The notes under the pieces are model-generated. The model was given only the letters and a program-made list of their open reading frames with translations, made no database searches and was not told where the DNA came from. This document shows, in pieces, positions 1-11,110 of a stretch of 64,000 bases of DNA. The position numbers were made by a program, and so were the translations under genes. The first letter of the stretch is position 1; every line of letters begins with the position of its first letter. Source of the DNA: Macrostomum lignano (Eukaryota); the NCBI GenBank assembly GCA_002269645.1, contig NIVC01000284.1:620001-684000 (forward strand), in the 5' to 3' direction.

Positions 1-24
1 AACTATTCAATTGAATTTTCTTAC

Positions 25-220
25 CCCGAGATCCAACTATATCCACTGTCTCGAATGACCACTTGTCACTCGGCATCTTCCTGCCATTTATGGCTTGCTT
101 ATAGTCCGATACTGGTGGCCAGCGAACAAGATTTGGGTTTTCGAACCACGTGTTTAAAGTCAGCTCTATGCTGCCATCGTCAAAAATGACCAGCACAAAT
201 TTTTTCTCCAAATGGGACAT
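25..220 (-). CDS. First coding exon of the CACTA/EnSpm accessory (second) gene; gene continues off the left edge of the window
   Basis: Hand translation from ATG at 220 gives MSHLEKKFVLVIFDDGSIELTLNTWFENPNLVRWPPVSDYKQAINGRKMPSDKWSFETVDIVGSR (65 codons + 1 nt), then a GTAAG donor at 24. The hydrophobic-F-DD...W...WPP...P...W pattern resembles the N-terminus of accessory proteins in animal EnSpm elements. Not in the ORF track. Confidence 0.65.
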
Positions 221-1399
221 TTTCGGATGATTAGCTGGCTATTCTTAATTCTATGAAAAAAAATGGAGCTAGGATGACACCTAAGGCTAAAGCACTTAAA
301 CTAGATTTGATGAGAATATTCTAACGACAAAAGATGAAGTCAATATGATTAAGTCAGCTAGCTGAAGCAAAATATACAAACAGTTTTCTTTTTACTCATT
401 TACCACTTGCATATTGGCTTTAAAGTATATTTCCATCAGTCTTCACTCCTCAGTCAACCAATTAAAATGAAGCAGCCCCCGGAATAAGGCCTCACCACCT
501 GGTCAGTTGAACATTGGACATTGGACAAGCAAAATTGTACTGAAATTGTATCTTTCAGCAGCGGCAGATCCAGGGTTTTTGCATAGGGGCTGAGAATTAA
601 ATGTGAGGGTGCCGCCTTTTGTCAGGCAGGGGCGCCTGGCGCCGCATCAGGTTAGAACCTATGCGATGAATGCCATTTTTAGCGCTTGTAGCACCTTTTG
701 GCGCCTGTGACCCTTTCTAGGACAACGGAGCAACCTCCTGTGACAGGGCGCCCACCTAAGACAGGCGCTGTTCGATTTGGGTGGCGGGGGGCAACTGGGC
801 GGGTCAATAGGCCATGTGAATAAAGTGAGCAGTTGCTCAAACTCTTTCGTTCCTTCGTTATATGAGTGATTCGCTCATCGTATTGCAGATCATTGTTGGT
901 AAAATAAATAGGACAAAGTCATATCTTCTTTAAGGAACCAAAAATTTTTTTAGAAACCATAAAGCTAAGCCTTGGGGCTTGGGGAAACCTGGAGAGCCAG
1001 TAATTTATGACACGGAGACATTACTTCCTTAATCGTTTATCCTTTCATTGACAGGAAGGAAGAAAAATAATTTAAAATTACTTGTAAAAGTTGTAACCTT
1101 CTTATGCCATGACTTCAATCTATCTGATTTCATCAGACCATCCAGACTCGATAGATCCCATGTCGTCATATCTTATCTGCCATATTTCTATTTCTTCTGA
1201 TTTGAATTTATGTACTTTTCTTAGTGTTGTACAAAGGTTATGTGAGAGTGAATGATTAGCAAACGTGAAACATGCAGAATCAATCAGCAGTAGATTCTAA
1301 GAACATTGCACGTTAAAAACAGCATTTTAAACATTCGAAAAGCGTGAAAAGCGAAGTAAGTACAAAGTATTAGAAGGCTGAGAATAAGAGTCAGATTTT

Positions 1400-4250
1400 T
1401 CAGCTTCGCATGGAGTGCAGTAGTGGGAAAGCGACTTGCTTATCTTTTAAAGGGATAAGCATTGCCTTGCAGAAAATATCTTCTTTTCGTAATAAACTGT
1501 AGCCGCTGGAAAGCTTACTCACAACGGATATCATATTGGTGTCAAAAGAGTTCACCGGAGTTACATAAAGAGGCTCTGCTTGCCTAAAACTGCAAACATT
1601 CAGGTAGCAGGAATTATCAACAGTGGAAAGTATGTGAAAAACTCGACACACGAGCCCAGTTCGAGTCATAAAATAGCAATCAGGCTTAGAAACCGATAGA
1701 AATGTTGACTTTAAAGGTAAGTCGAGGCGAGAAAAAGCTGTGGAAACTCGAACAGGCAGAATAGTGTTCGGCAGAGGCATGGGCCTGGACAGAGTAAACT
1801 GGGCTAATTGTACTTTTTTGACATGCTTTTTAAGAAAACCGAGCGTAACATCTCTCTCAGAGACTCGCTTTACAACTTGCTGAAGAGCCATGAAGGGACC
1901 ACGGCAAAAGGCAGCAATGAAACGTTGAAAATTTTCGCCCCAAAAGCAGCTAAACTGCTCCAAGGGGCCAAATCGGCGAACATCAGCAGGGATATGGATG
2001 AGGGTGTGCAAATTGTACACTATGAATTCTTGCCCCCAAAGGCGTTGACAGCAACGAAGAATCCATTTCGCAAGGCTTTCGGCATAGTCGCAGTGCATGC
2101 TGCTCGTGATCGGATTCGAAAGCAGAAAGGAAAAAACGTGTAAGGATACAAACAGACTGTACATCGTGTCTGAAACAAGGCCTTGCAGGACAACAGGAGC
2201 CAAATACAGAATAAAAAGTCGAAACTCGACTGCCTTCCACTGCCCTAAAACATCCAATGATCGAGGCTTACGCGGGAAGTCATGGGTTATGCCTTGCGCC
2301 ACAACTTCTAGTGCGCTGTTAATTTCACGCTTTGAGGCAGATGCAACACGATGAGGCACAACAGCTGAGCCTAGGTTGTTTAAGCACTTATGAACAACTC
2401 CTTCGTACAGTAGGTGCATTGGGTCTACAGGAAACGTTGAAATCATATCGATTGGCAATGCACAAAATAAGCTAGCAGATGTAACGTGCTGTTTGTACAA
2501 ATGATTTTGAGGACATTCGGGTGAACTAGCAAAGCGGAAATCAGCATCAGTTCTAATTGGTGCATCTGTGTCGCAGAAAACAACTCTTCCATGCACATAC
2601 TGACCTCGCACGGTGCACTTGTCACAAGCAGAATAGCCAGTGCAGTTTTTCGTACCTTTTACAAAGTGCCTTGCAGGAGCATCACACATAACCATCTCTA
2701 GAACAAATGGGATGGTAACACCGGAATTAATATAGCCAATAGAGAGTAAGTCACTGAGTTCAGAGATGCTATCCGACAAAAAATCAGAGGCAGACAAAGG
2801 CTTTTTTGAGCCACAATAAATTCCAATTACAAAATCAGAATGCGAGATTCCTTTCACTCGACCCAATATGGGCCACATTGTGGTATTGCAACTCTTATAA
2901 ACCTTAGCACCATCTAAAAACAAATGAAACATCATTGCTTCATTTGACGGCAGAGGACAAGTTGAAAAAATGAAATCTAGCCCTTTTACTATGCCAAAGT
3001 GAAAGTAGTGACCTGGCTCAACGCGTTTCAAATTCAGATCTCTCGGAGTCTCCATCAAAGTTCGAGCATCTGCGGGAAGCTCCGGGTGAATCTCTGACAT
3101 GCGTTTGAGGAGGTCGTTGACTGAGCTTATTTTTGGGTTGTTCGCCTCTACCCAGTCATGCAGGATTCTTCGCACTCCACTTGACTCCAGTTGACCAGCT
3201 TCTTCTAAATCGTCTCCGTCTTGATATTCGATGTCTGTGATGAAGGTAGAGTGGGTATTTTTAGAAAGTGCAGTGTAGCAAAAAGAAAAGCTGTATCTCT
3301 GGTGCTCTTATCCTTCATTAAAGCCTACCAATTATCAGCCTAGCCCTGTCACTGTGATTACTCAAAGTCTCAAATTGAAGCTCTACTACATGTACCTCGT
3401 AAAAATACGTACGAATACCCTTAAAAATTTAATTAATTAAAATGTTTAAATTGCATACTGGTATAGCTAGCTAGTTACGAGCTATGTCTCGTCGTTCTTT
3501 TTGATCTTCTATTCGAGCTTTTCTTCTCTCTGGAGAGAAAATCAATGAAAGAATAGCAAACATACGCTCGTATATACATGCAGTTTACAAATATACATGT
3601 ATGTACATCTAATATATGAAATATGGCTTCACCCATAAACCCATGCACCAACCCATTCGCCCATGAATATAGCATGTACTATAGTATAGTATGAACTTTA
3701 TTAGTTCTATGGTTTATTGGCGATGGTTTATGGGTGAGGGTTTAATTTAAACTTAATATATATAATACACTGCATTTATATATGTATATTAAAATATTTT
3801 TAAAATATTCAGATTCAGACTGTATATAGTATATAGTATAAAGTATATAGATGTATATATCTATATCTATACATGCAGTGCGAGTGCGAGTGCGTACATG
3901 TAATTTATACTTAGCAGTATAAATAGCAATAATTAGTTACCTGAAGCTTCGGCTGAGTAGTAATAGCTTCTGTCAACAACTTCTGGCTCGTCGTCACAGA
4001 TTGTGTCAAGCTCGGAATCTGAATGGCCGGGCGAAAAGCTGTTGGGATGCAAATGCGATGCCAGGGGAACAGGGGAGCGGAAACTCATGGATGCAGCTGT
4101 AGCTGCAGGTTCAGTTTGAAACTCGTTCAATTGTTCCTGTGTTTCTGCAACACGGCAGTTACGGTTCGTTGCAGTCTCTTGCAGCAATTCTTCCAAAGAT
4201 TTCTTTGCGTCTCTACGGTGCGATCGTCTACTTCTTTCTCTCTTCTCCAT
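1400..4250 (-). CDS. EnSpm/CACTA (CMC) superfamily DDE transposase, 2 exons (4250-3941, 3234-1400), 714 aa
   Basis: The 591-aa ORF has LDGAKVY..MWPILG, CDAPARHFVKG..GYSACDKC, VDPMHLLYEG, QWKAVEFRLF, YNLHTLIHI..DVRRFGPLEQFSCFWGENF, typical of animal EnSpm transposases. Donor GTAACT at 3940 (phase 1) joins acceptor CACAG at 3235 in frame (G|AC = Asp), linking the 3933-4250 ORF to the long ORF with no stops. Confidence 0.85.
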
Positions 4251-5456
4251 GATGGAGAAAAAGTGAAGTACTTATTGTTTTTCTTTAAATTCCAAACTGC
4301 AACTACGAGCGCATATTGAACTTTGGCTTCTGAATCTAGTCTTCTAAAACTATTAAATTTGTAGTTCTAAACTCTATCCAAACCTGAGTCTCTGTGGAGC
4401 TTTGATGTGGACTAGCCAGAGTTTGTTCGGGATTGGTGCAGTTGTATTTCCTAACCTTTAGTTTAAACTTTAAAGTAAAACTAAAAGCTTTGTCATAGAA
4501 TAGCAGAATTCTCACTCAATAAATTCAGCGAAGAAGAAGAATACAGTTCGAATGGCGCCAGAGGGCTCCAAGATCTTGGCCAGAACAAAGGGGAACTTCG
4601 GTTCATTACACGGAGCTATCGCAGTAAAAAACACCATACAGTCAGCCAGCAGAGCCAGCAGGGAGGGTGGACAATAGAGTTCACCTCTCGAGACATCCCC
4701 CAAGCCCACAGACCATATAGAATCGGGATGGCAAAGGGATCACAAGTCTTAGAGAGCTCCGAGTTCCCCGAGCTCCCTTCTCTCACAGTGGGCCCAGAGC
4801 CCAGACAGTGGGAAGCGGTATATAGGCTCTTTGTTCCGCACCGCCCACAGCCAGGATACCCTCTTTGTTCTCAGCAAACACAGAGGCTTCCATGCAGAGC
4901 CCAGCCCATAGAATTCTAGAAAACTATCTATTCTCTAGAGCTCTATTGTCCACCCTCCCTGTTGGCTCTAGATAACTATCTAGAATCCAATGCTATACAC
5001 AACCAGACAACCAGACTGCTGCATTTGTCAAAGCGGGCACATTGGTAGAAGATCGGTAAGAATCCAGTAAAAATCTTGTCCAGAGAGACGTATGTATATG
5101 TACTGTCCATAGACCATATAGGACCTGCGCGAAACTCGAGGGTCCTGCCCCAGTGTTCTGTGGGGCAAAAAGCAAGCAAACATGATCCCACCCCTTAACG
5201 CACGTTAATCGATAAAGACTCCACGGCATTGGCTCTCATTCGCTGAGTACTAAATTGTGCCGACATCCGGTTCCTTCCTCATATGAGTCCTGCATCGCTT
5301 CAAAACCAGTGAAAGAATATTTTTCATTTCAGACATTGCCCATTCACACCACATATAGGGCTCTAGAAAAAAAAGAGAAAAAATCTCAGTTCAGATGCAG
5401 CTAATGTGGATCTTGCAGCTCTTTGTCATGAAGTACTTACTTCATTGGTCGCTTCA

Positions 5457-5873
5457 ACAAACCCTAAATTTCACAACGTCGAAAAGTTGTGCACAGTATT
5501 TCATAAGCTCGAAATTTCAAAAGCTCTAAATTTCACAAAGTCAAAAACAAAACTTGCACCAGACTGCATAAACTTTATCACAAGCCCTAAATTTCACAAG
5601 CCCTAAATTTCACAACGCCTAAAAACACTATGGAGATACAATCTTCTAAAATCCTTCTGTATCTCCATAGCTAGTGTTTTTAGGCGTTGTGAAATTTAGG
5701 GCTTGTGGAATTCTGTGCATGCCTTTTAGGTGTTATGAAATTTAGGGCCTGTGAAATTTAGATCTTGGGAAATCTGCTGCATAGCCTATTTTCGACGTTG
5801 TGAAAATTAGAATTTATGAAATATAGGTCTTATAAAAGGTTCCGGTTTCGAAGTTGTAAAAATTAGGGTTTGT
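5457..5873. mobile_element. Foldback/MITE-like palindromic element with internally repeated CCCTAAATTTCACAA motif
   Basis: About 4 direct copies of (c/t)cctaaatttcacaa (5461, 5525, 5583, 5601) are mirrored by about 5 inverted copies (5686-5870). A central palindrome pairs 5600-5640 with 5658-5705. The ends ACAAACCCTAA... and ...TTAGGGTTTGT are inverted. Confidence 0.6.
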
Positions 5874-5910
5874 AAAACGAACCTAGTTATATGTACAGTT
5901 GGGTAATTAC

Positions 5911-7190
5911 TGATTTTCCCGAATTCGCCCATTTAAATACATTGGAATTTCCCGGAATCTCCGCATTCAAATAGCTGGAAAGCTGATTAAGCTAGAGACA
6001 GGATTCTTTCTGGGGAAGACACCGAATGGCACGCTCTAATGATCTGTAGAATCTCATATTTGAGTCTACTGATAGAGCTTGGCAATTCCTGATTGATTTT
6101 CCCGAATTCGCCCATTTAAATACATTGGAATTTTCCGGAATCTCCGCATTCAAATAGCTGGAAAGCTGATTAAGCTAGAGACAGGATTCTTTCTGGGGAA
6201 GACACCGAATGGTACGCTCTAATGATCTGTAGAATCTCATATTTGAGTCTACTGATAGAGCTTGGCAATTCCTGATGATTTTCCCGAATTCGCCCATTTA
6301 AATACATTGGAATTTTCCGGAATCTCCGCATTCAAATAGCTGGAAAGCTGATTAAGCTAGAGACAGGATTCTTTCTGGGGAAGACACCGAATGGTACGCT
6401 CTAATGATCTGTAGAATCTCATATTTGAGTCTACTGATAGAGCTTGGCAATTCCTGATTGATTTTCCCGAATTCGCCCATTTAAATACATTGGAATTTCC
6501 CGGAATCTCCGCATTCAAATAGCTGGAAAGCTGATTAAGCTAGAGACAGGATTCTTTCTGGGGAAGACACCGAATGGTACGCTCTAATGATCTGTAGAAT
6601 CTCATATTTGAGTCTACTGATAGAGCTTGGCAATTCCTGATTGATTTTCCCGAATTCGCCCATTTAAATACATTGGAATTTCCCGGAATCTCCGCATTCA
6701 AATAGCTGGAAAGCTGATTAAGCTAGAGACAGGATTCTTTCTGGGGAAGACACCGAATGGTACGCTCTAATGATCTGTAGAATCTCATATTTGAGTCTAC
6801 TGATAGAGCTTGGCAATTCCTGATTGATTTTCCCGAATTCGCCCATTTAAATACATTGGAATTTCCCGGAATCTCCGCATTCAAATAGCTGGAAAGCTGA
6901 TTAAGCTAGAGACAGGATTCTTTCTGGGGAAGACACCGAATGGTACGCTCTAATGATCTGTAGAATCTCATATTTGAGTCTACTGATAGAGCTTGGCAAT
7001 TCCTGATTGATTTTCCCGAATTCGCCCATTTAAATACATTGGAATTTCCCGGAATCTCCGCATTCAAATAGCTGGAAAGCTGATTAAGCTAGAGACAGGA
7101 TTCTTTCTGGGGAAGACACCGAATGGTACGCTCTAATGATCTGTAAAATCTCATATTTGAGTCTACGGATACAGCTGGCAAATGCAAGTT
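5911..7190. repeat. Tandem satellite, 183-bp unit, about 7 near-identical copies
   Basis: The unit start tgattttcccgaattcgccc recurs at 5911, 6094, 6276, 6459, 6642, 6825 and 7008. Confidence 0.95.
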
Positions 7191-7500
7191 TTCTAGGACT
7201 AATTCCTATCTTAAATACACTAGAATTGGCGAAAAATTGCCTTGAATGGCTCATAAAGCAGTGACATGATTTTCTATGACATCAACAAGCGCACGCAATT
7301 GACTTTCTTGTAGAACTGTGATTGAATGCTAATGCAAAATAAGTAGTTCTAATTTAGTTCAGATTTAATTGAAATAACTTGATTACAACGTAACTTGATT
7401 AAACGTTTTTCTTGTTTGTCTTGTAATCGCGGCCGCTTTGAGGCTTTGTCATTGGAGGATTGATCTTTGAGCGGGGATGAGGTGGGGAACAGTGGAGGGG

Positions 7501-9422
7501 CATAGAATTCTAGATAACTAACTGGAAGCGAAGGCTTTTTTGGGGGGCGGACACAACCGGGCCGAGAGTGGGAGCCTGCATGTTTTCTGGCTGCCTTATT
7601 CAACACTAATGTTTTCACTAATAATTGGCTGCTGTTATTAAGAGTATATTTAATTCTTTAAGTTTATTTTTTTAATTAACAAGTCAGTGCTTATTAAGAG
7701 TTTCTAAAGGTATTTGTGACATATCTTAACAAAACTAATATTTTTGCAAAGCCGCAAAGTAAACACATAGGATCAGTAAAAAATCATAGTATGAACATAA
7801 ATTAGCTGCTTAATCTAATCTATGAAGAAGATGCATCGCGGTACCATCGCCACTGCATCGCGGTACTTTCCGGCGATCGATTTCACCTGATGCATCGCGG
7901 TCAAACTCGACGATTTCGTCGAGTCTCTTCCTGCCGACCGTCGAACGCGCCCAGCGCCAGCTGGACCAGCTTGTGAGCGTTGCTGCGAGCGTCGGCCTGG
8001 GGGTCAACACGCAGAAGACCGTCGTGCTTCGAATACCGAGACGCTGACAGGCAGGTGTCGAAGCTTCCGCACTGTCAGCAGTTCGTCTGCCTCGGCGGTC
8101 TGCAGACCATGGTGCTTGATGTTCCAGAGGACCTAGCACGTCGCCGTGGACTTGCTTGGGTTGCCTTCCGTTTCGTGAGGGCTGTCCTGCAGTCCGAGGC
8201 CCTGCCTGACGGCCAGAGGGCGGCGTTGTTCAAGGCGGTGATCGAGACCGTCCTGTTGTACAACACCGAGACCTGGACACTGACGGATTCGCTCGAACAG
8301 CAGGTCAATGCGGCGCACGCTGGCCTGTCTTTAAGATCGGCTGCGAGCACGTCACCAATGCGGGCTCTATCGCCGCACTGGCCTGTCCCTTCCCAGCAAA
8401 CTTTTGCGCCGTCCACGACTCCAGCTGGCAGGCCACATCATCCGAGCCGAGTCCTAAAGTCCACAGCCGGTGCAGGAAGTGCTGCTGCTGTCGCTGCAGG
8501 CACCCTACCGGCGGGGACAGGCACGCAGTCTGTGTTTCGTCGACTTCTTGCTGGCTAATGCCGGCGCCCCGGACTCTGCCGGCGGTGCGGCCGGCGGTTC
8601 GCGCCCAGGCCCTGAAACGTGTGACGTTGTCCTTGTCTCTCATGACCATGACTCGCTGGAATGGCTGACAGCGCATTTTGTTGTTGTATGGAGGGCACAC
8701 CGGCACACCATCATTCCTTATTCAGAGTGTCGCTGTTTCTCCTGCGCTCACTAAGAATCTTGTGACGTTGTGTGAAAATCGGTGGCAATAAAGTGCAACA
8801 GTTGAGATTCTGTCCTGGGTTGGTAGTTTACCCTTCAAATTTGTTGCGACCATTTTTCAAATAGTTGAAAATCATGCAAAGGAAGCACATGAGAAAATAT
8901 TCTGCTTTCTGCTCCTGAAGATTGAACCGCTGGAGTTTTATTTGTAGTTGCATATCCAGATCCAGACCTGTAGTTGTAAGCTGCGTATTTATAAACCATT
9001 CTTTTTCTCTGACTATAGTCTCTGATATAGCATGTATCATATCGAATCTTTATAAATTTTTCATTTAGGGTGAAGTGGAGAAGGCATCCTCAAAAGCATG
9101 CGAGCAGATGTACACCCAATGTGCATGCGTTCAGCTTTCAAGTGGGGGGGCCTGTTACCCCGTGTGCATCACAGACACAGAAACAGCACTGATTTACCGG
9201 GGATCTTCCTTCCCCTCCGAAGGGTTTTTCTCCTGTCTAGGACAAAAAAACTTCCAAGCCTTGTGAAGAGCCTGCCCACCTCAAACCCCGCTTAGTCAGT
9301 GGGACTGAGATAGGGAAAGGCAGGCCGTTTAAACAAACTAAAATGACTCGGCCCGGTTGTGTCCGCTTTCGACCCACTAAAAAGTGAGCCTTCTCTTCCA
9401 GTTAGTTATCTAGAATTCTATG
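7501..9422. mobile_element. Non-autonomous TIR DNA transposon with 7-bp TSD (P-element-like)
   Basis: TIRs CATAGAATTCTAGATAACTAACTGGAAG-(gap)-CGGACACAACCGGGCCGAG at both ends (7501-7567 and about 9347-9422). Perfect direct repeat GGAGGGG at 7494-7500 and 9423-9429. No transposase ORF recognised inside. Confidence 0.8.
7925..8560 (+). pseudogene. Non-LTR retrotransposon (RTE-like LINE) RT C-terminal fragment, frameshifted, nested in the TIR element
   Basis: Translations VERAQRQLDQLVSVAASVGLGVNTQKT and QFVCLGGL..EDLARRRGLAWVAF..RAALFKAVIETVLLYNTETWTLT correspond to RT domains 6-7 and the thumb region. Confidence 0.8.
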
Positions 9423-10094
9423 GGAGGGGAATGGGAGACGAAAAAAATTAATGAGCTATAATGTTAGATTGTGTTAGATTTCCTGCGATTCTGCGGGTGT
9501 TTTGCCTCTTCCCAGGGCCCCTACTGTATAAGATAATGGCTTTATGATGCGCATTCTATGCTATATTATATCTTTTTTTCTTACTCCATGCTTCTCCGCC
9601 TGTCATAGAATTAAAAATAGCAGAGAAAGGCAGGCTCGTCAGGATTCACGTCAGGAAGACAGAGCCATAAATCCGTCTCCGATGTTAATTAGCGATGGAA
9701 GCAAAATACAAAGGCAATAAAAAATTCCACCCCTTCTCCCCCCTTACGCCCCTGGAGAAAGAGCGATCATCCCTGCATCAAGCTCGATCATTAGCCATGG
9801 CGGGGAGTGCGAAATTTTATAAAGGTACTCGTTACTGCATCAGCGCATTGAATTCAGCAATAAAATAAATCACAACAATGTGGGTCGTTTTGACATCTTA
9901 TTTTTTCGGTATCTCCTCGAATATTTCCTCATGAAAAATTGTAGTAGCTGGTATATGTATATTTTTCACAATTGCGAAAACAGTTTTCCAGAAAATTCCA
10001 TGTTATTCATTTTTAAGAATATAATTTTACGGCCCAAAAGACCAATCTAAACATCTACTGCTGCAAATCAGGTCTCTGATTACTACTCAGGTCT

Positions 10095-10320
10095 TTGATT
10101 GACTACTTATAGAGCTTGGCAAGTCGTCCTGATTGATTTTCAATGATTTTTCCATTTAGAATGCATTAGAATTAGCGGAATCGCCGCCTTTGGATATCTC
10201 GAATGCTGATTGAGATAGAGACATGATTCTTTCTGCTCTAGACACCGACTAGACCAATCTAAAAATGTTGAAAATTAGCATGTCTCGATCAGGCTACTGA
10301 GATACAGCCGTCAAATGGAC
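10095..10320. repeat. Diverged single monomer related to the 183-bp satellite
   Basis: It shares atagagcttggcaa..cctgattgattttc, gctgatt.ag.tagagaca.gattctttctg and agacaccga with the array at 5911-7190. Confidence 0.65.
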
Positions 10321-10594
10321 GGACACTTGAATGTAGTATAGTAGCTTCGTGTTAAATTTGTATCGTATTCGCAACTTTTTATAGGTTTGCTGCACATGTT
10401 TTTTAGCTGGTACTGTTAGTGGGAGAGTTGGAACTTTTAGAGTATAATACATTTCATTGTGGACCAACGTTTTTTAACGTTTTTACAACGGCTATTTTGT
10501 ACTTTACCTCTAGTATAAAAATCTTTTGTTGGAGCAACGTTATTTGGCAGCCCGGGAAAGCCGTCGTCGTAATAGGAAGAGCGATCCGTACGTG

Positions 10595-11110
10595 TGTGCA
10601 GCACGTACCAGTCAAGCACCAGAGCGAACAGGAACGGTGCAAGCGTATCTCCCTGAGGCACCACGGAGAATGTCTCAAAAAATTCCGATAGGCCGTCCGG
10701 TGTTAAAAGAGCAGCTTTCGTATCGTGGTACATCGCAATTGGATGGCGGAAATTTCAGCTGCTCTGGCACGTTGTACGCACGGAGCGAGCGCGTTTGAGA
10801 GCACGGACCTGACCACCGAGTAGAATGTTTTCTTGAAATCTATGAAGATAACAATCAGGATCGACTGCCGCATCCGTGCTTCCTCTATAACTCGCCGAAG
10901 AGCTGGCCCAGTATCTGCGTCACTGTGCCGCGATGGGGCCGGAAGCCGTTCTGCGGCTAGGCTGCAACCGCGATAACAGCATCCGGTTGAACAACTTCGC
11001 AGCGCAGGACTGAAGGCAGATATCTCGATGCTCCTCAAGCCTCGTGGTGCCTACGGCTTCTTAGGAACTGCGACGATGTGCGCCGTGGTCCATGTTGGGT
11101 GCCTCCTCAG
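10595..11110 (-). pseudogene. Degenerate LINE reverse transcriptase core fragment
   Basis: Fragments in different frames: WTTAHIVAVPKKP, VIFIDFKKTFYSV, and YHDTKAALLTPDGLSEFFETFSVVPQGDTLAPFLFALVLD (RT motifs), with stops and frameshifts. Confidence 0.85.

Larger units (their letters stand above)
1..5400 (-). mobile_element. CACTA/EnSpm DNA transposon (two-gene); ends not resolved, one end lies outside the window
   Basis: Tandem minus-strand transposase and accessory gene. Short inverted and direct motifs occur at 4650-4970 upstream of the transposase. No TIR pair can be verified, so the right boundary is approximate. Confidence 0.6.

Noticed and set aside
1808-2625. Short ORFs overlapping the transposase
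   Set aside because: Shadow frames of the real minus-strand CDS.
9075-9300. Possible THAP-domain remnant (minus-strand YICSHAF) in the P-like element
   Set aside because: It does not match the C2CH spacing and is interrupted by stops; insufficient support.
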